DNA of 64,000 nt from Sedimentisphaerales bacterium (GCA_963663805.2 CAXXMR010000009.1:96001-160000); one strand, 5' to 3'; numbered from the stretch's first letter, positions 21,711 to 32,407 are shown. Notes: generated by a model from the sequence alone, not told the origin. Numbers and translations are program-made.

Positions 21711-21787
21711 CTGCCTCCTGCCTCCTGCCTCCTGCCTCCTGCCTCCTGCCTCCTGCCTCATGCCTCCTGCCTCCTGCCTCATGCCTT
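21711..21787 (+). repeat. Heptamer tandem repeat (MTGCCTC) x11
   Basis: Counted: CTGCCTC x7, ATGCCTC, CTGCCTC x2, ATGCCTT. Confidence 0.97.
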
Positions 21788-22077
21788 CTTATACTATATG
21801 ACACTTTCCAGACCAAAATTATTAAAAAAAGGTGATATAGTATAGGTTCATGTTGCCAAAACCCCAAAAAAACGTAAAAAAACGCGAAAAAATCGTTAAA
21901 AACACGTTTTTTACCGTCCAAAAAATCCAAAAAATACCCAAAAAAACACCCCCTTCCATTTTCTTGAAAAAATAAGGACTTCAGGAATTATCTTGCCAAA
22001 GCTGGTGTTTGCCTTGACAATATCCAGTATTATTTTTGCCCTGTAATACTGTAAATGGTTGTGTAGAAGGAAATAAT

Positions 22078-25035
22078 ATGCGTATCGACCTGACCGGCCT
22101 CTGGGACATCCAGCCGCTCTACGATGATTCTGCCCAAAACTGGGACCCGCAAAAAATCGAACCCAAAGCATATATCAGCGACGTCTATCGTGTCCCCAGC
22201 CCATTTTCCATAAACAAAGCTAATTCAATAACTTACATTCACGAAATCTTCTCCGCTTTCGAATATCCCCTCGATTGGAACCTTACCAGCGATGCCTGGC
22301 TGAGAAAGAAATTCAATCTGGAATCGAAGAGCCAAAATGAACGTATCTTCTTACATTTCGGACACTTAACGGGCCGTGCCCATATTTATCTGAATGATGA
22401 GCTGATTAAGGAAGCCGACGACAATTATCAACCGTTAGATATTGATATTACTGAAGTTATAACTACGGAAGCCAAAAATACCCTGCTGATTCGCCTGGGT
22501 GATAGTAAAGGTCAATCGGGAATTTGTCAGGCCGGTTGGATTTACTCCCGGCCTAATATTAGGATAAGTGATTTCAAATACGAGACTTACGTCGAAGAGC
22601 AGAAAGTCGCTTATAAAGTTTTGCTGGTCAATCAAAGTAGTCAGGATAAATCCTTGTCGCTGGAGCTGATTGTGCGTGACATTAAAGGTACGCCGCTAAG
22701 TTCCTGCTCTAAAAAGGTTAATGTCGGGCAGGGCGATAAACTTGTCGTAGATATGGATGATTCCACCAACGCATTTGAGCTCTGGTCCGCGGAGAATCCG
22801 GTTTTATATCAGGCCGGTTTCCAGCTGCTGGACGAGAATGGAAAAAAAATCGATGAATACACCCAGCCCGTCTGTTTTCGGAAAATCGTCGATAATGGTG
22901 CAGAAATACGGGTAAACGGCAAAAAAACTCACCTTTACGGTGAAACCGCCGAGCATATACATTGTTACGCTCAGCGGCCTGAGTACCTGCGCTGCTGGTT
23001 TCGCATGCTCAAGAGTTTGGGGATGAACTGTTTGTATCTGGCGGCGGGCCCTTGTGATTCAATAGTTTATGAAATCGCTGATGAGCTGGGTATTTATTGT
23101 CGGCGGACTGAGGGGGATTTGGTATTAGAAAAGTGGGGTTGCGCTAATCCGCAGAATACTTCAAGTCTTGCGGGTAATCTATGCTATCGTACCTTGTGGG
23201 ATATGCACCGGGCGGCGGGGCGGCAGGCGGCTCTGCTCATCGAGCGGGCGCGGATAAACGATATTTCGTCGGTGTGCCTGAAGAATATTTCGGTTTTGGA
23301 TAATCCGGCGGTTCCTGAGGTTGAAATTCCGCTGGCTTTGGGCCGTTTGGGTGATAATCATCCGATTCCGGCAGTAGTGCCGCCTTTCAGCAGTGAATTT
23401 ACCTGGTGGCATGAGGGGCAGGTGTCATGGCAGAAGGGCAGTTCTTTTGATTTAATTAAAGAGGCTTTGGCTCCTGAGACCGCTTTTGTCTGGCAGAAAC
23501 AGAATCAATATTTCACCGATGCTCCCATCGAACGGACGGTTACGATTATCAATGATACCGAGCAGGAGCATGAATATGAATTGTTCCTTTCGGTGACGAG
23601 TGTTTCGGCGAAGATGGTAACGGAGCATCAGCGTAAGATTACGGTTGGGCCGGGTGGTCGGGAGAACATCCACTTCAAATTTACGGCTAAGCCGTTTCCC
23701 TGCCGGAATAGCTTTCGCGTATTGCTGGAGCGGGACGGGATTACGCTGGTTGATAAAATTCAGCAGTTTAATGTGAGTGAGCCTTTGGACCAGATGACCG
23801 AGCCTCTGCAAATAAATAATCTCAAGACTCTGGGCAGCGGAGCTTTAGATAAATGGCTCGAGAGACGCGGGCTCAAAGCAGAGACTGTCGAGGATCTGGG
23901 TTCGCTGGGGGCGGAAGATGTTTTGATTGTCCAGAAAGGGGCTCCGGAGGCTGTTCAAGATGATATTTCGACTTTAATAGATTTTATTAAATCAGGTGGG
24001 CGGGCTTTGGTGCTGGAGCCGGAGAGCGCCTGGGAGGGCCTGAAGTTTGTCGATGTCAAGGCGACTCACGGGCATGGTCAGGTGATTCGGTTGGAGGAAA
24101 TCAGTTACGCATGGTGGGGCGAACAGTCGTATGTCGGGGATGAGGGTAAGGATTTTGCGGCGGTTAAGGCTTGTGTTAAGCCGTCGGGGAATGGCTATCG
24201 CAGTTGGGTAGATGTCGGTTCGGATGAGGGCGAGTTGACAGGGTTGTCGATGTCGGCTTTGCTGGAGCGTCAGTGGGGGGGCGGCTGTCTGATGATTAGT
24301 ACGCTGGAGATAACCAAATGTCTGGAGACCGTACCGGCGGCGGAGGAGACTCTGGAGGCGGTATTAGAATATTTGCGTGACTATAAATCGCTGGTCGGCA
24401 GGAAAGTTTATCTGCCGCAGGGTTGGTGCGATAATGAGGAACTGGCGGGGATTTTTGAGGCTTCGGATGATCGTGAGGGTGCGGATATTATTTTTGTGGA
24501 TGCTTCGGCGAGCGCTGCGGAAGAACTGGGTAAATATCGGGACCGGGCCCAAAACGGCAGTACAATTATTTTGTATAATCTGACGCCGGAAAATCAGGCT
24601 GCCTCAGAATCTTTGACAGGAGCTCTTTCGCTGGTCCATATTGGCAACGAGGCTCAGGGGCTAATTCATCAGCGTCATGAGCTTACCGAAGGCATGTCCA
24701 ATGAGGAGTTGTTCTGGATGAAATCTGGCCAGGATGAAAAGACGCCGATAAGCAATGGTTACGCGTTTGGTTCCACGACGTTCAAACCGCTGGTCACGGT
24801 TACGCCGGATCGGGCATTCCATATGCTGCGGAATGAATATGATAACGCGGCGATTATGCGGAGCAGGATGTTCGCGATGTACGGCCATGACAGTCGGGCG
24901 GCACAGCTGATGGGGGTAACCCCGCTGGGCAAGGGGCAGATAATCATCTGTCAGGTTAATCCGCCGTCGGTTGGGGAGATACGCTCCGGGCGTTTCTGGC
25001 GGATTTTGGCGGCAAATCTTTTGGCGTTGCGTTGA
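22078..25035 (+). CDS. Glycoside hydrolase family 2-like protein with shortened catalytic barrel
   Basis: DLTGLW, IFLHFG, LWSAENPVLY, FRKI, VNGK, GMN, ADELGI motifs present; no NHPS...WS.GNE motif. Confidence 0.7.
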   Translation: MRIDLTGLWDIQPLYDDSAQNWDPQKIEPKAYISDVYRVPSPFSINKANSITYIHEIFSAFEYPLDWNLTSDAWLRKKFNLESKSQNERIFLHFGHLTGRAHIYLNDELIKEADDNYQPLDIDITEVITTEAKNTLLIRLGDSKGQSGICQAGWIYSRPNIRISDFKYETYVEEQKVAYKVLLVNQSSQDKSLSLELIVRDIKGTPLSSCSKKVNVGQGDKLVVDMDDSTNAFELWSAENPVLYQAGFQLLDENGKKIDEYTQPVCFRKIVDNGAEIRVNGKKTHLYGETAEHIHCYAQRPEYLRCWFRMLKSLGMNCLYLAAGPCDSIVYEIADELGIYCRRTEGDLVLEKWGCANPQNTSSLAGNLCYRTLWDMHRAAGRQAALLIERARINDISSVCLKNISVLDNPAVPEVEIPLALGRLGDNHPIPAVVPPFSSEFTWWHEGQVSWQKGSSFDLIKEALAPETAFVWQKQNQYFTDAPIERTVTIINDTEQEHEYELFLSVTSVSAKMVTEHQRKITVGPGGRENIHFKFTAKPFPCRNSFRVLLERDGITLVDKIQQFNVSEPLDQMTEPLQINNLKTLGSGALDKWLERRGLKAETVEDLGSLGAEDVLIVQKGAPEAVQDDISTLIDFIKSGGRALVLEPESAWEGLKFVDVKATHGHGQVIRLEEISYAWWGEQSYVGDEGKDFAAVKACVKPSGNGYRSWVDVGSDEGELTGLSMSALLERQWGGGCLMISTLEITKCLETVPAAEETLEAVLEYLRDYKSLVGRKVYLPQGWCDNEELAGIFEASDDREGADIIFVDASASAAEELGKYRDRAQNGSTIILYNLTPENQAASESLTGALSLVHIGNEAQGLIHQRHELTEGMSNEELFWMKSGQDEKTPISNGYAFGSTTFKPLVTVTPDRAFHMLRNEYDNAAIMRSRMFAMYGHDSRAAQLMGVTPLGKGQIIICQVNPPSVGEIRSGRFWRILAANLLALR

Positions 25036-25120
25036 TAAAGTTCATTGGCAATATTGGTTCGGTGACGCTATAATCACGTGTTTTGTAGAATGGTAAGTAG
25101 TAGATATATAAGGTATTTAG

Positions 25121-26359
25121 ATGTCTTTCAGCAGTATTCCCGAAGTTATAAAAGACCTCCAGGACGGCAAGATGATTGTTCTGGTGGATGATGAGGACCG
25201 TGAGAACGAGGGGGATTTGGTTTGCGCGGCGGAGAAGACTACGCCTGAGATAGTGAATTTTATGGCTCGTTTTGGACGGGGGATGATTTGTCTGCCGCTG
25301 ACCGAGGAACGCTGCGATTATTTGCATTTGCATCCGCAGACCACGTCGAACACCTCAGCTTTGGGTACGGCTTTTACGGTTACGATTGATGCTCGGAGCG
25401 GGACGACCACGGGGATTTCGGCAGGTGATAGAGCCCGGACTATTTTACAGGCGGTTGACCCTGCCTGCAAGCCGATGGACCTGGCTCGGCCGGGCCATAT
25501 TTTTCCGTTGCGGGCCAAGGAGGGCGGGGTGCTGGTTCGGCCCGGTCAGACGGAAGGTTCGGTTGATTTGGCGAAAATGGCGGGGCTTAATCCGTCAGCG
25601 GTGATTTGTGAAATAATGAAAGATGACGGCACGATGATGCGGGTGCCGGACCTGAAGTTGTTTTGTAAAGAGCATGATTTGAAGATGGCCAGTATCGCGG
25701 CTTTGATTGAGTATCGGATGCAGCGGGAGTCTTTGGTCAGGCGGGTTCAGTCGGTGCAGCTGCCGACCGATTGCGGTATGTTCCAGCTTTACGGCTATGA
25801 GACAGCGATGGATAATCATTTGCATTTGGCGTTGTGCAAGGGGGACATTGGCGAGCTGGACGATGAAGGCAGGCCGATATTGCATTCCGAGCCGGTGCTG
25901 GTGCGGGTACACAGTGAGTGTATGACGGGCGATATTTTTCATTCGCAGCGCTGCGATTGCGGCGGCCAGTTGGATGAGGCGATGAAAATGATTGATAAGG
26001 AGGGCAAAGGAGCCATTATCTATCTGCGTCAGGAAGGGCGGGGCATTGGCCTGACGGCTAAGCTGCACGCGTATAAACTTCAGGAAGAAGGTTTGGATAC
26101 GGTGGAAGCGAATGAGCGGCTGGGTTTCGCCGCGGATAAACGTGATTATGGTTTGGGGGCGCAGATATGCCGTGATCTGGGGATTCGCAAGATTCGGAAT
26201 CTGACGAACAATCCTATCAAGACGGACCGTTTGCGGGTTTATGGGATTGAGGTGGTTGAGCAACTGCCTTTGCAGGTCCCTTATAGTGAGCATTGTCGCA
26301 AGTATATGACGACCAAACGGGACCGTATGGGGCATATTCTGCCGGAGGATATTGGTTGA
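25121..26359 (+). CDS. ribBA: DHBP synthase / GTP cyclohydrolase II
   Basis: [43 protein letters not shown]. Confidence 0.97.
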   Translation: MSFSSIPEVIKDLQDGKMIVLVDDEDRENEGDLVCAAEKTTPEIVNFMARFGRGMICLPLTEERCDYLHLHPQTTSNTSALGTAFTVTIDARSGTTTGISAGDRARTILQAVDPACKPMDLARPGHIFPLRAKEGGVLVRPGQTEGSVDLAKMAGLNPSAVICEIMKDDGTMMRVPDLKLFCKEHDLKMASIAALIEYRMQRESLVRRVQSVQLPTDCGMFQLYGYETAMDNHLHLALCKGDIGELDDEGRPILHSEPVLVRVHSECMTGDIFHSQRCDCGGQLDEAMKMIDKEGKGAIIYLRQEGRGIGLTAKLHAYKLQEEGLDTVEANERLGFAADKRDYGLGAQICRDLGIRKIRNLTNNPIKTDRLRVYGIEVVEQLPLQVPYSEHCRKYMTTKRDRMGHILPEDIG

Positions 26360-26360
26360 T

Positions 26361-26837
26361 ATGGCGAGACGGTTCTGGATTATCCCGATATTGCTTCTGT
26401 TTGTCGGATGCCGATTTTTGGGCGGCGATGCCGGCGGCAAAAAAGCGGATTGCTGTCCGCGCGGTTTCAGTGTGGCGGGGATAAAGCTGGAGTCGGCATT
26501 TACGCGGGTGACAGATGGTCGAGTAGAGGCGTTTGTTACTCTGCTGGACGAGTTTGGCGAACCGTTGAAGTCACTGGGGCAGTTTCGGTTTGAATTTTTT
26601 CAATATAAAAAGTCGGCGGCGGAACTGCGGGGGGTGCGGTATGAAGGCGACGGCTTGCAGAATGTTGATTTGAGTGAACTGGCGGAAAATCAGGGTCATT
26701 ATGATTGTGTGACGCGCAGTTACATGGTTGATCTGAAGTTGCCGGAGCAGGCGGATGGTGAAGTGATACTTGAAGCTACGTTTACTTTGCCGGGCGGTTT
26801 GCGGTTTTCGGATTTTATGGTTTTGAAAACGAAGTGA
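26361..26837 (+). CDS. Hypothetical lipoprotein
   Basis: MARRFWIIPILLLFVGC lipobox; directly follows ribBA. Confidence 0.7.
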   Translation: MARRFWIIPILLLFVGCRFLGGDAGGKKADCCPRGFSVAGIKLESAFTRVTDGRVEAFVTLLDEFGEPLKSLGQFRFEFFQYKKSAAELRGVRYEGDGLQNVDLSELAENQGHYDCVTRSYMVDLKLPEQADGEVILEATFTLPGGLRFSDFMVLKTK

Positions 26838-27048
26838 CGGCTTCAGCCTTTGGCTGAAGATGTCAGAGGTCAGATTTCAGCAATCAGACAGAACAACGGC
26901 TAAGAATTTTTGACAGGCTAACAGGATTTGAATTTAGAGATAAGAGATAAGTTGCAAGAAATAAGTTGACGGCAACGGCGGATTTACGGGATTTATTTTT
27001 TAGTTAGCGGATTGTCGCGGATTTTTAATGGCGAGGCAGGTTATAGAC

Positions 27049-28434
27049 ATGAAAAAGGCTGATAAGAGCTGGCAGAGTCGGATGTCTGAGGGACAGGATG
27101 CGTTGGCGGTTGATTTTGTGGAGTCGATTAGCTATGACTGGCGGCTCTATGAGTATGATATCGCGGGCAGTTTGGCACATGGTCAGATGCTTTGTGAGCA
27201 GGGGCTGCTAAGCGAAGATGAGCTGGCGGCGATTCGCAAAGGTTTGGAAGATATACGTCAGGAAATCGCGGCGGGGAAGTTTACTTTTGATAAGCAATAT
27301 GAAGATATTCATATGGTGGTCGAGGCGGCGTTGACGGCTAAGATTGGTGAACCGGCCAAGAAACTGCATACGGGGCGGAGTCGGAATGACCAGGTTGCTT
27401 TAGATATGCGGCTTTGGATGCGGGATGAGATTGATAAGCTGGAGGTTGAGATAAAAGGGGTGCAGGGGGCTTTGGTGGGGCTGGCGGAAAAGGACGGCGA
27501 GATTGTGATGCCGGGCTATACGCATTTGCAGCGGGCTCAGCCGGTCTTGGCGGGGATTTATGTTTTGGCGTTTGTGGAGATGCTGGAACGGGACCGGGAG
27601 CGGCTGGTGGATTTGGGGCGGCGGGTTAATCAGTCGCCTTTGGGGGCCGGGGCATTGTCGGGCAGTTCTTTACCTTTGAATCGGCGGCGGGTGGCGGATC
27701 TGTTGAAGTTTGAAGGGATAACGCGGAACTGTATTGACAGTGTGAGCGATAGAGATTTTTGTGCGGAGTTCGCGTTTGTTTGCAGTATGGCGGGGATGCA
27801 TCTGTCGCGGCTGGCGGAGGACTGGATTATTTATACGACGCAGGAGTTCGGTTTTATTCGGACGGACGACGCTTATTGTACGGGCAGCAGTATGATGCCG
27901 CAGAAACGTAACCCGGATATGTTAGAATTGATTCGCGGCAAGAGCGGCGGGTTTTATGGTAATCTAATGTCGCTGCTGACTATGCTGAAGGGGCAGCCGC
28001 TATCTTATAACCGGGACATGCAGGAAGACAAGAAGTATATTTTTGCCTCGGCGGATAGTCTGGCAGCGTGCTTGCGGATGGCGGGGGCGATTGTGAGTCA
28101 TACTCGCTTTGTGAGCGAGAATATAGGGCGGGATATAGAGAAGGGTTTTTTGGATGCTACGTCGCTGGCGGAATATCTGGTGCGCAAGGCGGTACCGTTT
28201 CGGCAGGCTCATCAGATTGTGGGGCGGCTGGTGGGTAAGTGTGAGGATGTCGGTAAGCAATTGGCGGAGTTGACGCTGGCGGAGCTTAAAGAGGCATCCG
28301 CGGCGATAGAAGAAGATGTTTATGATTGTCTGACGGCGGCGAATGTGGCGGGGCGTTACGCGGTGGAAGGTTCGGCGGGCAGTAAGCAGCTGGCGGAGCA
28401 GTTGAAGTTCTGGCGGGAGAAACTTTATATTTAA
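27049..28434 (+). CDS. argH: Argininosuccinate lyase
   Basis: EDIH, LHTGRSRNDQ, PGYTHLQRAQP, GSSMMPQKRNPD, YNRDMQEDK; alternative start 27028. Confidence 0.97.
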   Translation: MKKADKSWQSRMSEGQDALAVDFVESISYDWRLYEYDIAGSLAHGQMLCEQGLLSEDELAAIRKGLEDIRQEIAAGKFTFDKQYEDIHMVVEAALTAKIGEPAKKLHTGRSRNDQVALDMRLWMRDEIDKLEVEIKGVQGALVGLAEKDGEIVMPGYTHLQRAQPVLAGIYVLAFVEMLERDRERLVDLGRRVNQSPLGAGALSGSSLPLNRRRVADLLKFEGITRNCIDSVSDRDFCAEFAFVCSMAGMHLSRLAEDWIIYTTQEFGFIRTDDAYCTGSSMMPQKRNPDMLELIRGKSGGFYGNLMSLLTMLKGQPLSYNRDMQEDKKYIFASADSLAACLRMAGAIVSHTRFVSENIGRDIEKGFLDATSLAEYLVRKAVPFRQAHQIVGRLVGKCEDVGKQLAELTLAELKEASAAIEEDVYDCLTAANVAGRYAVEGSAGSKQLAEQLKFWREKLYI

Positions 28435-28440
28435 CGCATT

Positions 28441-28514
28441 AGGCGTGAGGCAAGAGGCATGAGTGAACGGCGAGGTGCCGACCTATGGTCGGAATTTATT
28501 TTAATTTTAACGGC
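28441..28514 (-). repeat. Hairpin-heptamer dispersed repeat, copy C
   Basis: Reverse strand: AATAAATTCCGACCATAGGTCGGCACCTCGCCGTTCACTCATGCCTCTTGCCTC. Confidence 0.85.
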
Positions 28515-28532
28515 AACTGATTAACGGATTTT

Positions 28533-29462
28533 ATGGCTGAATCTAAGTCTGAATTTGGTTTGATAGGGTGGATTGCTGAGCATTGCATGGTTAGCAGAGA
28601 GTCGGTAACTACGGGGATCGGCGATGATATGGCGGTTATCGACTGGGGCGGGCGGGAGCTGCTGATTACGACGGATATGCTTTTGGAAGGGGTGCATTTT
28701 GATTTAGCTAAGGCCTCTCTGGAAGAGGTTGGCTATAAGGTGATGGCTTGCAGTTTGAGTGATTGTGCGGCTATGGCGGCGGAGCCTTTCGCGGCGGTGG
28801 CGGCGGTGGCGTTGCCGAAAAACATGGCGTTGGCTGACGCCAAACGGCTGGTGGAAGGTATGCAGCAGGCGGCGGTGCGTTATAACTGTCCCTTGATTGG
28901 TGGGGATACGACCAGTTGGGATAAGCCTTTGGCGATTGATGTGACGATGTTGGCGTGTATGGCTGATGGTCATCGACCTGTGCTGCGGAGCGGGGCGAAG
29001 GTGGGTGACGCGATAATGGTAACGGGTCAGCTGGGCGGTTCGCTGGCGGGGCGGCATTTGAGTTTTGAGCCGCGGGTGGCGGAGGCGAGGCTTTTGGCGG
29101 AGCGGGTGGATTTGCACGCCATGATTGATATCAGCGATGGTCTGGCGGCGGATTTGGGGCATATTTGTGAGCGCAGCGGGGTTGGTGCGGTTCTGGAAGC
29201 GATAAATATTCCGATTAGTCCGGCGGCGGCGGGCGATAATCCGCTGGCGGCGGCGCTGGGGGATGGCGAAGATTTTGAACTGCTGTTTTGTGTGAGCGAG
29301 GCGGACGCGAAGAAGCTGCTGAAATTTTGGTCTGGTGAGTCGCCGGTGCCGCTGACGCGGATAGGGGAAATTACAGCAGGCGAACCGGGGGTGAAGATAC
29401 GGAATTGTCAAGGCGCGGTTAAGGACGTGGAAATTAAAGGCTGGGAGCATTTTCGTGAGTGA
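28533..29462 (+). CDS. thiL: Thiamine-monophosphate kinase
   Basis: SEF, GIGDD, EGVHF, LSDCAAM, GGDT, IDISDGL, GEDFELLF, GWEHF. Confidence 0.95.
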   Translation: MAESKSEFGLIGWIAEHCMVSRESVTTGIGDDMAVIDWGGRELLITTDMLLEGVHFDLAKASLEEVGYKVMACSLSDCAAMAAEPFAAVAAVALPKNMALADAKRLVEGMQQAAVRYNCPLIGGDTTSWDKPLAIDVTMLACMADGHRPVLRSGAKVGDAIMVTGQLGGSLAGRHLSFEPRVAEARLLAERVDLHAMIDISDGLAADLGHICERSGVGAVLEAINIPISPAAAGDNPLAAALGDGEDFELLFCVSEADAKKLLKFWSGESPVPLTRIGEITAGEPGVKIRNCQGAVKDVEIKGWEHFRE

Positions 29463-29931
29463 GAATATGGTCGAGATAATCAGTTCGAGCGTGGCGGAGA
29501 CTCTGGCGTTGGGTGAGCGGATCGGTGCGGCTTTGAGGGGTGGTGAGGTTATCGCTTTGATTGGCGAGTTGGGGACGGGCAAGACGCATCTGGTTAAGGG
29601 GCTTGGTAAGGGGCTGGGTGTTTGTGAGGATGATATGGTTACCAGTCCAACGTTTACTCTGGTAAATGAATATGAGGGACGGCGGACGCTGGTGCATATT
29701 GACGCGTATCGGCTCGATGACGCGAGGCAGCTGGAGGCGTTGGGGTTCGACGAGATGTGCTATCCGGGTAATGTGGTGGTGGTGGAATGGGCGGACAGGG
29801 TTTGGCCTTTGCTGGCGGAGTATGAGCCGCTGACGGTTAAGTTGCGGCATGAAGGGGAAAATGAACGGGCGTTGCAGTTTGAGAATGTTAGCGATGAACT
29901 GAAAGAAATTATATCGGGAGGCGGCCAATGA
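29455..29931 (+). CDS. tsaE: tRNA t6A biosynthesis ATPase TsaE
   Basis: GELGTGKT, VTSPTFTL, HIDAYRL, VEW. Confidence 0.95.
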   Translation: MSENMVEIISSSVAETLALGERIGAALRGGEVIALIGELGTGKTHLVKGLGKGLGVCEDDMVTSPTFTLVNEYEGRRTLVHIDAYRLDDARQLEALGFDEMCYPGNVVVVEWADRVWPLLAEYEPLTVKLRHEGENERALQFENVSDELKEIISGGGQ

Positions 29932-30602
29932 ATCTGATTGTCAGGCGTAATTTGGTATTGTGGTTTCTGGTAATTCTGCTGGGCGGAGCGGGGGCAGGAT
30001 GGGGACAGAGTCTTGTTAAGGTGCATAAACCTTTCGTGGCGATAAGCACGCCGGATGAGGATGGTAATATTTCTATATCGGGTGCGCCTGGTGCGATAGA
30101 GACAACCAGTGCGGCGCGTCTGACGGTGCAGAATCTTACCGCAGATGAAGTTCAAGCTGTCGAGTTGGGCCCGGATGGTTCATTTAAGGCGATTCTGGCG
30201 GCGGTGACGGGTGACAAGATACGGATAACCGCAACGAATCAGGAACGCAAGCGGAGTTACGGCACATTTGAGGTGGCTGGTGCCGCTCCGGTCGGCAGGG
30301 AGCCGGTGGGACAGATAATTACTGAAGATGACGAAAGGGAAAACTCGGCGAATCTGGCGGTGCTGGTGATGATAGTTGATTTGGATAAGGGTGAGATTGT
30401 CTCGACGCGGCGGATAGCGGGGGTGATTGGCGCCGATTCGGGCACGAGTTTTTCGATGGGGCTGCTGGTGCGGAATGTTATGTCGAAATGTTTGCTGGCG
30501 ATAAAAGATGAATTGCAGCGGGCGAAGGTGGCGGTGATTGAGCCGCTGGAAGAACCGGCAGCCCCGGCTGACGAGGAAGCAGCAGGCACCGATGACCAGT
30601 GA
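29928..30602 (+). CDS. Hypothetical exported protein
   Basis: Hydrophobic N-terminus, beta-rich domain, overlaps tsaE and mnmG by a few bases. Confidence 0.65.
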   Translation: MNLIVRRNLVLWFLVILLGGAGAGWGQSLVKVHKPFVAISTPDEDGNISISGAPGAIETTSAARLTVQNLTADEVQAVELGPDGSFKAILAAVTGDKIRITATNQERKRSYGTFEVAGAAPVGREPVGQIITEDDERENSANLAVLVMIVDLDKGEIVSTRRIAGVIGADSGTSFSMGLLVRNVMSKCLLAIKDELQRAKVAVIEPLEEPAAPADEEAAGTDDQ

Positions 30603-32407
30603 GTGTTTTGAGGTGATAGTTATAGGCGGGGGACATGCCGGGGCCGAAGCGGCGCACGCGGCGGCGCAGCTGGGCTCGCGGACGGCACTTTTAACAATGA
30701 GTGCTGAGACGATCGCGCAGATGAGCTGCAATCCGGCGATAGGCGGTTTAGCCAAGGGTCAGATTGTTCGTGAGGTCGATGCGCTGGGCGGGATAATGGG
30801 TTTGGCGGCAGACGCAGCGGGGATACAGTTTCGGATGTTGAATCGCTCGAAAGGGCCGGCGGTTTGGGCGCCGCGGGCTCAGGCGGATAGATGGCTTTAT
30901 TCGCGGGTGGTGCGAGAGACGCTGGAAAATTGCCCGAACCTGGAAATTGTCGAGGATACCGCTGATGAGTTGATGGTTGAGGGCGGACAGGTCAAAGAGG
31001 TGCTAACCGGTAAGGGACGCCGGTTGGGTGCGGGGGCAGTGATTCTGACGGCGGGTACTTTTTTGCGGGGGCTGATGCACTTAGGTGAGCAGCAGTGGGG
31101 CGGGGGACGTATCAATGAACCGTCCGCGGACAAGCTGTCGGGCAGTTTGATTGAGGCGGGGCTGAAACTGGAGAGGCTCAAAACCGGTACCGCCGCCTCG
31201 TCTGGATTCGGCGAGTATTAATTATGATGTGCTGGAGCGGCAGCCGGGCGATGCCGAGCCGATGCCGTTTAGTTTTATGAATGACGCGATTACGCAGGAG
31301 CAGGTGGACTGCTGGGTGACTTATACCAATGAGCGGACGCATCGGATTATTACGGACAATCTGGACCGGGCCCCGCTTTATACGGGACAGATAAACAGTA
31401 CCGGGCCGCGTTATTGTCCGAGTATCGAAACGAAGGTTATCCGATTCGCGGATAAGGGGCGTCATCAGGTTTTTCTGGAGCCGGAAGGACGGGAGACTAA
31501 CTGGGTTTATTGTAATGGCATTAGTACCTCGCTGCCGCGTGATTTGCAGGAGCAGATGGTTCATAGTATCACGGGGCTGGAAGAAGCTGAGTTTTTGCAG
31601 TATGCCTACGCGATCGAATATGATTATGTGCCGCCCATGCAGACGCGATTGTCTCTGGAGAGCAAGCAGGTAAGCGGGTTATACCTGGCTGGGCAGGTCA
31701 ACGGCACGAGCGGTTACGAAGAAGCGGCCGGTCAGGGTTTGCTGGCGGGGGTAAACGCGCATCGGAAGCTGCGGGGTTTGGAGCCGGTGGTGCTGGGGCG
31801 GGATGAGGCTTATATCGGGGTGATGATCGATGACCTGGTGACCAAAGGGGTGGATGAGCCGTATCGGATGTTTACCTCGCGGGCGGAGTATCGGTTGTTG
31901 CTGCGGAGTGACAACGCCGACCAGCGGCTTACTCCGAAAGGGCGTGAGTGGGGGCTGGTCGATGATGAGCGGATGGCACGTTTTGAGGCGGGTCAGGGGC
32001 AGGTTCGGGAGATTGGGGATTATCTCAATCATACGCATCATGAGGGTAAGAGCTGGGCTCAGCTTTTGCGTCAGCAGGACCATGATTATAAATGGCTGCT
32101 GGAAAATGACGCGGAGTTGGCGGCTTTGGGATATAAACGTGAGGCGTTATTTCAGGCGACCAATGATTTGCGTTATGAAGGGTATATTCGCAAGCAGCGG
32201 CAGCTGGTGGACCGATTCCGTAAGGCGGAGCGGGTGACCCTGCCGCGTGATTTTGATTATCACAAAATCAAACAGTTGCGTTATGAGGCTCAAGAAAAAC
32301 TGAACGCCGTCCAGCCGCTGACATTGGGCCAGGCTTCCCGGGTCAGCGGGATTAATCCGGCGGACGTTACTGTGCTGATGATTTACCTGGCCCGGAAACA
32401 GTCGTAA
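30592..32407 (+). CDS. mnmG: tRNA uridine-5-carboxymethylaminomethyl(34) enzyme MnmG (GidA); +1 frameshift near 31190
   Basis: [53 protein letters not shown]; removing one base restores KTGTPPRL. Confidence 0.95.

Noticed and set aside
21668..21787. Possible CRISPR array
   Set aside because: Contiguous 7-mers without spacers; no cas genes in the window.
21481..21930. ORFs with RRQEAGG / LLPPASC peptide repeats
   Set aside because: They are translations of the heptamer DNA repeat; no other coding signal.
25036..25120. FMN riboswitch before ribBA (and TPP riboswitch before thiL)
   Set aside because: Spacer is too short and lacks conserved motifs; the thiL leader is occupied by repeat copy C.
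31180..31230. Programmed frameshift or true split of mnmG
   Set aside because: No slippery heptamer; the break is inside the conserved KTGTPPRL motif, best explained as a one-base error.
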